From positions 124,001 to 188,000 of the forward strand of contig JALMLS010000179.1 of assembly GCA_038496445.1 (NCBI GenBank): a stretch of 64,000 bases of DNA, given 5' to 3'. Positions 11,623 through 24,741 of the stretch are shown in pieces (positions within the stretch are counted from its first letter, which is position 1; each line of letters starts with the position of its first letter). Position numbers and translations under genes: made by a program. The stretch comes from Trichosphaerium sp. ATCC 40318. Lineage: Eukaryota; Protista; Tubulinea. The notes below the pieces were generated by a model. It was not told the DNA's origin, made no database searches, and worked only from the letters and a program-made list of their open reading frames with translations.

Positions 11623-13826
11623 TTATGATCCTTGCATTGGATTATCTGATAACTCAGATACTATGCGTATAGGTAGACTGATTTTAATATTTTTATGCCA
11701 GGAGGACGAAATAAAAACGAAAACAAGTTCATGTTCACGTGCAAAACTGGTTGAATTATCAGTATCAGAAAGTTCAACTTCTTCAGGAACTTGATAAGCA
11801 ACCACTCCAGTATATTTACTCCTAGAAAGCGGAAAACCCTAATAGTTATGTAAGATAGAATGCGTTAAAAAACACGTGAAACAATTGTTAATAATGTACC
11901 TTTGTGTAAAAGACGTTTTGTATGTACTTTACATCACGTTTATATTGTCTTTTAACATTTGAATCCATATAAGATGATGTCTCTGTTTCTTGTAGACATA
12001 TTCGTAATTGATTAATAGATACACCCGTCATGTTATTTATAGTCAATTCAATCTCAAAAATGTCTCCAGGAAAAGTTATGTTCTTTCCAATATTTACTTT
12101 AACATCACACTGTGTTGAGCTAAACACACCAAGTTAGTAAATAACGTAAGAGTTGAGTTGTGTAAATTACAAAGCAAGGTAACTATAAATGTCATGCACT
12201 GCGCAATGAGAAAAATGGAAAATAAAGTACCTGAACATAAAGCTTGTACCAACTTCTCTTTGTATAGGACCTATTCTTTTATCCATATGAGCTGTGTTCC
12301 CTTCTATAAAATTATGGCGTTCTATAATAACACGTCTCTCCTGTTTGGGTAGTTCTATAGTTGACTCAGACTCTGGAGGAGCTTGCCCAATGTCCTGAAG
12401 ATACTCCTAAAACCCGAATTAATCAACCAATGAAAAATTCTGTTCTGGCTTGTCAAAATAGCGAACTGGGACATGGAGTGTTGAATTTGTTTCAGTTAAG
12501 TAGCGACTTTACAATAAGGTAGTAATTGAATAAAATACTTTGAACAACTTCAACAAAGCCAAGTCTCAGTACCATTATTGATTTTTCAAACTACAAAATG
12601 ATAAAAAATTATTGTACCTTTATCTTCTCTGCTCGTTGAACATACACCTGCATCGTTTTGTGGAGTGACGCTTTTATACGCTGACTTGTTTCCTCTACAA
12701 TAAATTGTTAATAATACAATGAGCAAGAAGGAAATACACAGGCCATGGACTAACCTTCAAAAGCTTGCTTGAATAAGTCCAAAGATTGTTTATAAGTTTG
12801 GAACGCTTCAAAGTACTGTTGTTTTTGATCTAATTCTTTTGCTTGTTCTGATAAATCAAGAGCCTGTTGCAAAGGTCTAACTTGAAGTTTTTGCCTGAAA
12901 CAATAAATAAGAAAACACGTGGACAACCACGGCCAAAAAAAACCGACAACAAAAAACACTGCGCATACTTGTCTGGTAACCACCCATCGTTTCCTTTTTC
13001 CATCGTTACAGTTGTATCAACCTCTTCATTACCAACAGAAGACATTGTAGGAACATCAATCGTAGCCTGTTCCAATTCACGCAAAATTGCTAAATCAGAA
13101 GGTGATAAATTACTCATACTCATAGGATCGTTGTCACGAGAAATCACAACTATTGGACCGTCCCTAATATCTTGCTAAAGAACTAAAATTAGCCCAATAC
13201 ACCCTGATAAAATCGAAAACACTGAGTCGTCGCGCTAGGCAGCAAAAAAGCAGTGAAAGCGCGCTTGGTTAAGAAAGTTTTGATTTCGCGTCAGTTAAAC
13301 ACGTGCCTGTGCTGGTTGTTCTTGTAAAACAACTGCATCATCGAATTGTGGGCCGTCCGGGATGTTTGAAGGGTATTCTTCAAAATTAGGGAACGTATGC
13401 GGGATTTGCGTTTGTGTTGATGAAGGCGCTATCTCTGGAGCAACTATAGTATGTTTAGACGCGTAACAGAGGGTTTAAGGTACCTTCAGGCACCGTTGGA
13501 AATTCCAGCTCTGGCTGTTTGGTTTTGGTTACCTACGCTCTTTCAACGTTAATTATATGCGCTGTTGCTTACCACTGATTCTATTTGTCTTAGTCTCTGA
13601 CTGTATTCGTTCATTTTGGCTGTCATTTGTTGTGGATAAGGTTGCTTCGCTATGCGTTATTAAATACACCGTCTACCTATTTTTTTGGTGGCGTACAATC
13701 AATTATCGCCTGAAATTTTGCTAATGCGCTTCTATATTGCTCTATAGCTCTACCATAGTCTTGAGCGGCATCTGCAGTAACGGCAGCTTTAGCAAAGCTC
13801 AAACCTTCACTCAACAAGCTAGACAT
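11623..13826 (-). CDS. Protein with two MIT domains and an arrestin C-terminal-like domain
   Basis: MSSLLSEGLSFAKAAVTADAAQDYGRAIEQYRSALAKF (MIT); LQQALDLSEQAKELDQKQQYFEAFQTYKQSLDLF...YVQRAEKIK (MIT); FPGDIFEIELTINNMTGVSINQLRICLQE...ISLPIRIV (arrestin-C). Confidence 0.75.
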
Positions 13827-14716
13827 TTGTATTATTTTAAGTTACCAATGAAGTAGTTTACACTAACAGTAACGTTATGTTTCTTTGATCGGCAAAAGTC
13901 AGCACAAGTATTTAGTGAAAGAAAAAGAGACACATGAAATTAAGAACAAACATATTTTATAGGCCAAATGTACAAGTCAATGATTGTGAGGGTTGAAGTT
14001 GTATGTAAGAAAATTGAGGTATGTATTTGTTAAGTAACGTGCGCCTCTCAGAGGCTATTTATTCATTATGTCTCCGTCTTCAACCCAGTTTCTTAAATGT
14101 TAAGGTTAGTTTTAACATCTCAATAAACTTTTGTAAACTAAACAATTTTGGCCCTGCAGGTGTTGACCACGGATGTCCTTAATTATGTATAGTTTATACC
14201 AATAAATCAAGTTTGTGTAGTGGAAACAAACAGTCCTAAAGGCGGTCTTCTGTTTTGGATAATATGAGAGGCTCGTAAAACTTTCCTTTCCCGTCATACG
14301 CCTTTCTAGAAAAACAGTGTTAATAACCGAGTTTCTTTAAAGGTATTAATACGAAAGGTTTAGTTTCTCATATTTTTCTTTTATCAATAGCTTTTTTTTT
14401 CTTTGTTAAACGTTAGGTCATACACAACTTGTTAAATTGTCTAAGTGCTTATCATGGCGTGACGACGAACAACAACGCTGTTTAGCACAACTTGTATTAA
14501 TTAGGGTATCAAATATGTGACTGTTAGGGGTAAGGTAACATACGATGATGGAGCTGTAATACATGCTGGAAATGGTAACTTGTTGAACAATAAACGGCCA
14601 AAGAAATAATTCAGTGTCACCTAAAACTAAAGTTACCAGACTGGTTTTGACTTCTTGGCAACAAGGTCACCCACATGTTTCCTCGTAGACGTCAACTCTG
14701 ACTGCCATTGTATGAA

Positions 14717-15640
14717 ATGTCAGTCAACAGCGCAATCATTGGCAACATATTTTCATTGCCTGTTGAGATACTTTTAAACGTTATCGTCTGTAACAACATG
14801 ACATGGCAAGATTTAGCGTCATTACAACAATCAAACTATTTTCTATGCGAATTGATACAAAATGAATCAGATTACATTTATCGACATTTATACCACCGGA
14901 AATGGGGTCGTGACTCTGAAGAAATAGAGTCTGCTATCCACCAAAGCATTACTGTTAATTTAAAAAATCAACATGCAGTAACGCCAACAGTACCAATACC
15001 AACGACTTTATATAATTTCAATGCAGTCACGTGGAAAGAAAAGTATCGAAACAGATTGCGTTCAAATATCATCTCAGAGTTGAGTTGTGACACGAACAAT
15101 GTTCACCAAGGACAGACAGTCACATTCACACTCACACTCGAGAATATTGGTAAAACACCAGAGACAGTCTACCTTGGTTTTGGATCGAGGCTTGCAGAAT
15201 GTCATGTTATTAAAGGTGGTAGTGCAGTATATATTTGGAAGCCTGAAGTCAAGGATCCTAATGCATTTCTCAACAATTATAGGTGCTTTTATAGAACTAC
15301 ACCACGCATGAAACCCCGTCAGGAGTTTAACGTCATAATTAACCCAGGAGATATATGTACATACAAGATTCCATTACATTTTAGAAAGGTGGTATGTAGG
15401 ACACGTTTTCACGCAATGAAGTCACGTTTTCCACATGTTGATACACTTTCTCTCCAAGGCATAATCTCTCAAGTATGTGTTGCTGGCCCTAAAACGCCGG
15501 ATGTATTTCCTCTTCAGGTATTCGTCAAAGTCAATACTTTAAAAGAAAAATATCAAGGGCTTTATATTACTGTTTTTGGACATTGTTCAGTTGTTACAAG
15601 CAATGTTGTTAATCTTACAATGTACAAAACATGTCAATAA
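14717..15640 (+). CDS. Intronless F-box protein with an Ig-like C-terminal region
   Basis: FSLPVEILLNVI...WQDLASLQQSNYFL...IYRHLYHRKW, then WKEKYRNR and VHQGQTVTFTLTLENIG (beta-sandwich pattern). First ATG at 14717. Confidence 0.75.
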   Translation: MSVNSAIIGNIFSLPVEILLNVIVCNNMTWQDLASLQQSNYFLCELIQNESDYIYRHLYHRKWGRDSEEIESAIHQSITVNLKNQHAVTPTVPIPTTLYNFNAVTWKEKYRNRLRSNIISELSCDTNNVHQGQTVTFTLTLENIGKTPETVYLGFGSRLAECHVIKGGSAVYIWKPEVKDPNAFLNNYRCFYRTTPRMKPRQEFNVIINPGDICTYKIPLHFRKVVCRTRFHAMKSRFPHVDTLSLQGIISQVCVAGPKTPDVFPLQVFVKVNTLKEKYQGLYITVFGHCSVVTSNVVNLTMYKTCQ

Positions 15641-15673
15641 AGCATTTCATAATAGTGTTTACTTATTTCAATA

Positions 15674-16101
15674 GCTGCGAGTGGTATTAAACTTGTTCGA
15701 CAAGCTTATGTCAAGCGAAGCTCTTGCTAAGCTCGCATTAGCTGAAGCAACTCTACTCATTTGGAGGAATCATGTTACGCCTGACAACTATTGGTTCTAA
15801 CATAGGATTTCTGCCAACACTGACAATAGTGTAACAAGCGTGTAGAGCTTTATTAATCATGAAGGTTTATTGAGTAATTGTGGTCAAGTACGGCATTCTG
15901 GAAGACCCTTCTTTTCTCTGTACCAGTTGGGTAATACCATATGTGCTCTTACCCCTAAAAGTTGGTCTTACAACTCAAGCTCCTTCAAACACTGCTGTTG
16001 TTCCTACAACTGATGCTCCTACCGTTTCACCAGCAAGTGGTTCTTCAAACGTTTAAAGCAGACTTGACATCAGTAATGCTTTCTTTGTGACAGCTTTCTA
16101 A
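15674..16101 (+). pseudogene. Degraded 3' fragment of a cell-surface protein gene
   Basis: Reads TTQAPSNTAVVPTTDAPTVSPASGSS followed by hydrophobic residues, but is broken by stops and frameshifts. Confidence 0.25.
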
Positions 16102-16264
16102 TAAAACAGTTTTTCGCTGCGTTTGATTACACATGTCAAACAGTATAAGGATTTACATATAGTGTCATACCTGCTCAGATAATGACATGACCAACTCTTA
16201 ACTTGACAAATTTGCCATTTACACAGAACAAAAGGAAATGAGAAAAAAATTTTACTTAGACTTT

Positions 16265-17345
16265 CTACAAGTTTTCATTACAAGGAAACGCTTGATTCGT
16301 CAGCGGCCAAAAGAGGGTCAATAAGTTTTCTCCACTCTGGTAATCCCCATTCAGAAGTTGAAGCATCAATAACTACGCCATTGATATGAAATGTTGGTGT
16401 ACCGTGATTACCTCTAAAAAATACTGTTTAATATCAAATGCTTCTTAAGGGATCCTCTATACCTTAAGGCAGCGAAACCAAACTCATCACGTGCTGGGCC
16501 ATCTGCTTTACCTTCTGGGCTGTTCTCTGTCATCCAATCACTAAGAGAAATACCAAACGGACTAGCAACTTTCTTCCACATGTCTTCAATAACCTAAACA
16601 ACGAGTAAGAAAAAAAAGTGCATAAAAAGATTGTTTCTTTGAACGTACAGCACGTGCTGTCATGTTGATGGTAGGCGTGTTGAAGAAAAATGGTTGTTGG
16701 ATGTACATGTTCGTTATCCAGTCCCTAAGAGACAACATGCGTTAGTAGTAACACTAGTAAGTACAGTTCTTACCATAAGTGATCTGGAGCTAAATTCTTT
16801 ACTACATGTGTTGCTCTTGCTGCAAAGAAAGAGTTGTGGTGATAAGGTAAAGGTAGTTGATGGTAAACAAAGTAAATCTACACCAGCCATTAGCACCCAA
16901 ATAAGTAAGGTTTTAACAAGTGTTTTCTGTCAATCAGTACGTACTTTATCTGGACCGTAGAAATCTAATACTTTGAATACCGTAGGGATCTCTAAAGCGC
17001 AGTATGGACATGTCAAATCGGCGAATACCTACCACGTGGGTGAATTAGTGTAAAACGAAAAATAATTGCCCGCAAACGGTTTTATGTATGCGTCAGAGTT
17101 GTCTAAGACGACAAGCGGAGAATTATATAAAAGTGGGAGGAAAATTCTATTAAGCTCCTAATATGCCTTTTACATACCTCGAGAAGTATTGGAGCGCTAG
17201 GATTACCCTTTGGGAAACCTATTAAACCATTAATTCGGTTTTTGAAGCGTGGCTTCGTTAATGTACCTGGGTATCGCGAACCAGGGCTAAGGCAGACACA
17301 AGCGCCAATTATGCATGCGATTAAAAGTACAGCTGATGAATTCAT
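16265..17345 (-). CDS. Secreted DsbA/thioredoxin-fold protein
   Basis: Signal peptide, GNPSAPILLE|VFADLTCPYC (CxxC), and the cis-Pro loop GNHGTPTFHING. Confidence 0.85.
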
Positions 17346-17549
17346 AGTGTTTTAGGCAGCCTGTAATGTCAGATTCTGTACCTTAAACAAACTTACTTAA
17401 GTCGAACTCAATACCAACTTTAACGGTTTGCTAATCATGACGAATAAATATTTCGTAATGTAGTACGTCTAATTGAATGTTGATCCTTTATAGACAGTAC
17501 AATAGTATTATGGTACAAGTTTTTTTTGTGTAAGATTGTAAGGTATGTA

Positions 17550-19133
17550 TCACCGTCGAAGCTTTCTATCGCCATCACGATCTCTGGTATCTACGCGTCT
17601 CTCTCTATGACTATCTCGTCTATCATTTCTTCTATCTTCTTTGTCATAATCCCTTCTATCACGCCTATTATCTCTATCTCTGGTATGTCTATCATCCCTA
17701 TAATCTCTTCTATCTTCTCTTTCATGTTTTCTTTCTCTTCTTCCTTCATCTCGGTCTCTATCTCTTCTAGATTCTGATTCACGTCTACTGTCTCTTTCTC
17801 CTCTATCCCTCTCACGACGTTTTGCACGTGGTTCTTGGTCATCATCGCGATCGGCATCGCTTGGATCACGTTTTCTTTTTCTTGATTTATCTTTATGTTT
17901 ACGTCTCTTCTCTTTTCTGCTCTTCTTATCTTTTTTTTCAGATTCCTTCTTCAATTGCCTTTAACATAAAAACATGAGCAAACAGCAAATAGATACAAAA
18001 TAGAAAACAAAACCAAGGCGACAAAAGAATACGTACTTCAACAATATTTTTTTTTCTTTTTTAGTCAACGTTTTAAGAAACTTTTCTTCTGGATCTTCTT
18101 CTACCTCTTCAAGTAATTCCTACCAAATAAACGTAAGACATATATATCAACACTTTCATAACGCAAATAACTTACATATCCACCAATATTTCTGTTCAAA
18201 TTTGATCGTAGAACCAAGTTATCATCTAAATCATTACCAAGAAATTGTTTTTGTGCCATTGGATCTTCAGATATTTTACGGGATACATCTATACAAGAAT
18301 CATTAATAAACTATAATTAAAATAGAACATACCATTCGGATTATGATTCACAAGTCGACACTCAGAATCACCTATGGAGGTGTCAAAGTCAGCAAAAAAA
18401 AAAACACTTCAAAACAAAGCCTTACCAGAGAAATGACCCCATTCACCACAACGTGCACATCTGATGTTTACTGTTGTTTTACCAAGAGGTCTATGATTAA
18501 CATATTCACCTAGACCTCTTACGAAGCTATTCTCAACAGGTGCATTCTTCAAAACGCGGAATTTCTCACCAAGACCAAAATAAGTGTCCTACAAGGGTAA
18601 AAAACGTTATTCTTCACGTACAATAATTTTAGACGCTTATAAAGTATTCTATACGTACCTTTGGACGCTCAGTGTTACAATGTTTGCACGACATGTTCTT
18701 TAAAAAATTAACAAACCCACATTCAGGCTTAGGACACTTCCAGTCGCCTGGTGGAAGGTCCGGTGCGTTGTTTTTGTTTTCTTCTCTTGCTTTAGCCATT
18801 TCTAATCCTGGTGGTGGTTTGTACATGAATCCAAGCTGTTTTGATCTGACTTCCCTGTATTGTAGTCGTTTAGTACTTTTTAAAAATACAATGGCTGTAA
18901 ATTAGCGCATTTACGTCTCATTATCAATTTCGAACTCCTCCAGGGCTTGTTCGTTGCGTTTTGCAATTTTTGCCCTGTGGACCTTTGTTTGTTCTTTCAC
19001 CCATCTGTCCTTTTGATTGGCAAGGTTTTGAGGATGCCAGTACTGTTTATAATTAATACTAGCGAATTACAGTGTAAGACGAATGAAAGCGTACCTTATT
19101 ACGTAAAAACGAGAGACCCTTGCCTGATGACAT
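17550..19133 (-). CDS. CIR1: CIR1-like splicing factor/corepressor (CIR N-terminus, RanBP2 zinc finger, zinc knuckle, RD/RE-rich tail)
   Basis: WHPQNLANQKDRWVKEQ, LGFMYKPPPG, KNAP...HRPLG...NIRCARCGEWGH.SGDSEC, and a basic/acidic low-complexity tail. Confidence 0.75.
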
Positions 19134-19497
19134 TGGAATTGCTTTTGCCTTGCAGTATAACTTAAAACACCGTTTTCTGACTTAGAAAAACGTATAAAAA
19201 TGTTCTGTCGTGCAGGAGCGCTTCGAGCGCGCTCGAATTACCGTCAACGGCATCACAGATACAAAACTAAACAAAAAATACGTACTAACAGAAGGAGAAC
19301 CTATGTGACAGATAAGACTGGTACTACTAGCCAGGCTACACGCCTGTTTATCGCAGCATTACCAGCAGTGTGCATTGGTGCCAGTACGTTACCTCAATAA
19401 CATAAAGTTCATTATAACACTACTAAATACACTAGTGGCGCTATTATTTATAAAACCAGGCGAACAAGACATAAAGAAACAAGAGAGGAAGGTCAAA

Positions 19498-22336
19498 ATG
19501 AAAAAATTGATCAACGACCCAGATAACGTTCTCCCAGAAATGCTTGTGCGTGCTCTTTTCTTTACATACACATCCCCGTTTTGTTGTATTACGTCCAACT
19601 GTATTGCATTATTTTACACTCGTTCAGGAAGGGATTGCGTCAACGCAACCTAACGTCCGTTACGCAAAAGAACACGATGTGCTTATTCGTGCCGATGTTG
19701 AAGAAATCAAACAGCATCAAGTAACAATTATTAGGTGCGCTTTTCTTACCTGATATCAACCTTTTTTGTACCTCCTTACAGCCAAAAACCATTATTTTGG
19801 TCCATTACCATCCTTATTTTTTCAAAATTGTGACATGTGGTTTGACACTTTGCCTCCATAACTAACATTCTTAAAACCTTATTTATGTTGTATGTTTTTT
19901 TTGGGTTGCTTTTTCTTTCGAACTTTTTGGGCTAATGAGGCTAAATTTTTTGGTGTTCTTATATTTTTTGTAGTGGCGGTGGTAGTGGTCACGAACCAGG
20001 CACGTGATATTTCAAAACCACGTGATCTGATGAAGAAAATTACGAAGAAAATTAGAACGACATTTTTTTGCTCGAATAATTTTCCTTGTTGGCTACAATG
20101 GATTTTAACAATTTATCAGCACACGGGGGATATATTGGAAAGGGCATGCTCACCGCTGCTGTATGTGGTAAGTCATTTAAACATCATAAAGTCTTATTTT
20201 GACGAAAACCTTTTTTGTTTTCAGGTGGCGTATTTCGATCTCCTACTCAAGGTAACATTCTGGCAACCATCCGAGAATGTGCTGGTCCTATGGGAGTTTT
20301 GCTTGTTGTAAAAAATTATGGAGGTACAAGGCATTATAAAATGCAGGAATGATTAGAAAGCTCATTCTAACACAGGCGATCGCATGAACTTTGGACATGC
20401 TGCTGAGATGGCAAGGTGCGCCCAAAGTTCACTGCACTACTTGAATCTTAACAACAATATATAGAGCTGAAGGAATAGATGTTGAGATGGTTGTAGTCGC
20501 GGATGATGCTGCACTTATTGGCGTCACAGAAATAGGAGCAAGGTAAAGAAGCCTTCTACGATTTTTATTTAACCACCTTTTGTAGAGGTATAGCTGGTAC
20601 TGTATTTGTCCATAAAGTAGCTGGTGCACTTGCAGAGGCAGGTGAAGATCTTAAAACAGTCGCAAAGGCTGCAAAAAATGCTGCAAAGGCAACCCTCAGT
20701 ATGGGAGTTGGTTTGACTCCTTGTATAATACCGAGTGATGGTAAACCTGGTTTTAAACTTCGAAATACAGAGGTTGAAATGGGTCTTGGTACATACATAA
20801 ACCAAAATTATTACGTCGTAATTTATTCATTGACAATCAAAAGGTATTCATGGAGAGAAAGGTCTTGAGCGCAAAAAGCTGCAGCCTGTAGATCTTATTG
20901 TTGAAGAACTACTTGACCAGATTCTGTCCAATCATTCTTCAGTTGGAAGACGTGTTGGTCTGATGATTAACAACTTGGGTAAGAAAACTATAACGTTAGC
21001 TCATCCTCGGTTCTTACTAAATCAAACGAAAGGAGCTACACCTACAATGGAACTTCAGATTACAGCAAGAGCTGCAATAAATTATTTGGGTACAAAAAAG
21101 ATTGTTCCGATTTTGGTGCTTAAAAGATTATTTTCTAGAGACAAAAGGTATCACTGTTGAGCGAGTGTATACTGGCTCATTTATGACTTCTTTGGAAATG
21201 GCGGGTGTATCTCTTTCAGTTATTGCACTTGATGATAGTAGAGTAAAAGCGTAAGTCTCTTTGGCGTAAAAGTAGTTTATTGCGAAATTAGAAAAGTTTT
21301 TCAATTCATACCTCTTACTTAACTCGGCTTTAAGACTTGATGCGCCTACTGAAGCACCTGCGTGGCGGTCTAGCCCTTTAGAAGTAGTAACTGGTAACAA
21401 ACGATTCACACAGTTTAAAACACATGGAATAGAGAAACCTAAAATATTAAGAGCGGAAGATATTGGTGTTACTGGTGAGGCTATCGAGAAGGGCATTTTA
21501 GCGCTACACGATAAGCTCTTGGAAAACAAAAACGCTCTAAATGATCTCGATAAGGTCTGTGGAGACGGTGATATTGGCGTACGATAATATTCTAGCAAAT
21601 CCTTGCATAGCCTCAGAAAAAAACTCACAAAAGATTTATTTTCTTTGCCTTTCAATTTTGCCTTACCCAATCTTAGACGAACCTCTGTGATGCTGTTATC
21701 GCACTCAAAGAAGCTTTGCCAGGTATACCACTACAAGATATACCAGCAGCATTTAGAGAAATCGCTGCTGTAATGCAAAAAGCATGTGGCGGTACTTCAG
21801 GCCCTCTCTATAGCGTCTTCTGTTTAGTGGTCGCAAATACCTTGGAAGAAACTGGGTATAAATATCCACAAAACTGGGCTTTCGCATTAACGAAAGGCGC
21901 AAAAGCTATTGGTAAATTAGGAGACAGCAAAGTAGGAGATAGGTACGAGAAAGCGCGCACGTGCGCCGAAAAGGTTTTTAGCAAAAAACCAAGAAACTTC
22001 CGGTTTCGTTGTCCTAAAACTCCGTTTTTCCGTTTTAGGACAATGCTTGATGCGTTGATACCAGCTACAGATAAACTAGAGCTCGCAGTCGGTCAGGGGT
22101 CCTCTTTTGATAACGCGTTATTTTATGCCGCTGTAGCGGCGAAAGAAGGCGCTGAGGCTACAAAAGATATGAAACCCAAGCGTGGTAGAGCTAGCTACAT
22201 GCCAGACAGAGTTAAAGGTAAAAGTTCACTTCGCATGAATTCTTTTTTCTCAATTCTATTGTGTATAGGTTACCCTGACCCAGGGGCAGCGGCTGTACAA
22301 CTTATTTTCGAAACATTAGCAGAAGGAGAAGAATGA
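19498..22336 (+). CDS. DAK: Dihydroxyacetone/triose kinase (DhaK-DhaL fusion)
   Basis: MKKLINDP, SGGGSGHEP|AHGGYIGKGMLTAAVCG, KNYGGDRMNFG, GIAGTVFVHKVAGA, EMGLGIHGE, GDGDIG, GGTSGPLY, TMLDAL, GRASY, DPGA. Confidence 0.95.
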
Positions 22337-22503
22337 AGAGAAAAAACTCCAACAAAACTACACGGCTGACAAAAAAAAAATTAAATCATCAACGCTGCGC
22401 TTAGCATACATAATACAAAACCAAGAAACATTTATTGTACACAAGCTCAATATAGAAAGCAACCCATCCACTCCGTAAAAAAATAAAAATACACAAGAGA
22501 GAA

Positions 22504-23479
22504 CTACAAGGCTCCTTCTTCTTGAAATGATGGTTCTTGTTTGATGGCTTTTGTTTTAATTTGTGCGTTCAGAGGTATCACAGATTCTCTTGTTGTAGTA
22601 TGTATCTGTATAGGTGCGCTAGTATATACGCTACATTCCGCGCGTGGCCGTGGCCTTTTATTTATCCTTGTGATTTTTGTTGTGCTAGATATATCCCTCT
22701 TTCTCTTTTTCGCTGTTGTTGTGGTCACGTGACCATTTATTCTTTCATTTGTTTTTTCGTATTTATCTTTTACGCTCCCCAAATTGTTATTTATATCGCT
22801 TATCTGATCTCCTATATTATGGCTGACCCTCTGTAATGTATTATAAAGAGACTCTATAAGTTTCTAAAGAGATAGGGTAATCAGTAAGGGAGAAAAAAGC
22901 CAAGTCAAAAAAATGTTTTTTGAAGGTTTTTTTTTCAAAAGTTCTCGCTTGCTCGTATTGGTTTCTTACGTTTTGTGATGCTATTTGCTCATCTCTCTCT
23001 TGTATTGTTGTTAACAGTTGATTCTCTCTTTGTTTTGTGTTTAAAGTATTTTGGTCCCAAGCCAACAACAGATTAGCCAGCGTAAGCTTGCGTCTCGCAT
23101 GCGTTGAGTTCCGGCATGCTAATTCTCAGTTTTAGTCCCAGGTTCGGCGTTTTTGGGCCTTGTTTTTTGAAGAACTTGACTTTTTTCACCAAAAAAAGAT
23201 TTTGAATACACCACATACCATTTGGAATGGGTATTGATCCCATCGTAAACATCTGCGCTAAAGAGTAGTTTATATACCCTTCGTTGTTTGTTTGGTTATT
23301 CTGCTCAATCTTTATGTTACTCTAGAATGGTCAAGTTAGTGTAGTCCGAGCGTAGCGACAGTCTATTTTGGAGTAATTTGTAAATAGAGCGCGGGTTTTT
23401 TTTTGTCTTTTTTTCAGAATTCACGTGCCATGCTTGGGTCAATTTTATAGTTGGTTGATGAGAAGGTGTTGTGCTCCAT
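22504..23479 (-). CDS. Hypothetical coiled-coil protein with an NLS-like KKRKR; start may extend to about 23767
   Basis: Four phase-consistent exons (MEHN...PSM|SNIKIE...PN|ACRN...SQN|KLIESL...GAL*). The first intron is GC-AG. Confidence 0.5.
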
Positions 23480-23782
23480 GTTTTGTGATGTAAAGTGTAA
23501 ACTAAATTCAACGGACAAAGGAGTAAAGTTCACAATAAAGTCAGAAAAGGTTCTCTTGGTAAAAAAAACAATACCAAAAATTACAGGTTTGTGAAACAGA
23601 TACACCAAAGGCGTACCTTCCGCTTTCCCGCAAGATTGTACCTAATAGTAAGCACTAATAACGCAATACTAGCGTCTTGGGCTTACACGCCGAAAATTAC
23701 CTGGATTTATCACGTGGCGAAAAGGCACAAACCCATAATGTTTCTCTTCGAAATCTCGAATTCTCATCGAACCGTGGCTTGG

Positions 23783-24610
23783 TTATTGTTTGTTGCCTCC
23801 CTTCTTGATGTAGCGATGATTTAGACTCGTTTTCTTTTCGTCTTCTTCTTTAGCTTTATAGTCCTCCTCGTCTTTATCTAGAATGTAGTGAGTAGATAAT
23901 TCTCCCCTCCTATAGTCGTCAAAGGTTGCGCACAGACGGCATCGTAGTAACCATTACTCTTGACGCAAGGTAATTACTTTGAGTTGGGGTGGAAATAATC
24001 AAGTAGAAGCAGACTGTTAAGCGATTGACTCTGATTCAGACGCATCCGGAAACTATGGAGTACCATTGTCGTGAAGGTTGCCACCATACTCGTTTACAAA
24101 GAAAAGCGTAAGGTTTCTAAGGATTTCTTCCTCTTTAATGTCGAGGCATCTGTTTACATCTTCTGCCATCATTTCACGCATGAAGGAAGTCTGTGTAGCT
24201 GATCGGATAGTTGCTGGATCACATGAAGCCAAAGACGAATAAGATTCTGTTGTTAGGTTGGATTTCTCGAGAGAGCGATGGAACTATATTGTGATGCACG
24301 TCTTTTTCCATTTCTAGTATTACGTTACAGCGGACCGTCAAACCCACTGGGTTTCTTCCACAAAACGAAAGACTCTGAGCTATCAACTGGGGTGTGCCTA
24401 ATAGTTATTCAACACAATCCTTGTTGTACGAGCATGGGTTATTTTGAATTACTATCAGGCACCATCAGGCTGATACCGGTTCTTTACTGGAATCTTTTTT
24501 GGATTTTCGTTCTGGTTCTTGAAGTTGACTTTCAGTTTGAAACTGGTGTGGTTCTCAGGTATAATATATTGTTAAAGGTAAAATTGTACTTGATCTGACA
24601 GTCTTGACAA
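23783..24610 (-). pseudogene. Decayed gene remnant of unknown family, with a diverged partial copy at about 26130-26420
   Basis: Coding-like stretches (EEILRNLTLFFVNEYGG; CATFDDYRRGELSTHYILDKDEEDY) interrupted by stops. 24310-24610 aligns by eye to 26130-26420. Confidence 0.3.
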
Positions 24611-24741
24611 AATAAATTTTCAACAAAATGACAGTTTCTAGAATGTGCGATTTGACACTGTTTAGAAGCATACCATTCATACCTTTATTTAAAGTAACAA
24701 AATGATTTTGTTTCGAAAATTACAGCACCGGGATTAATTGT

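Noticed and set aside
17526-17869. Ile/Ser-rich ORF 17526..17777 and Ile/Glu-rich ORF 17591..17869
   Set aside because: They are antisense and shifted-frame shadows of the low-complexity RD/RE tail of CIR1.
21128-21670. 180-aa minus-strand ORF
   Set aside because: It is antisense to DAK exons and introns and has no motif or independent splice support.
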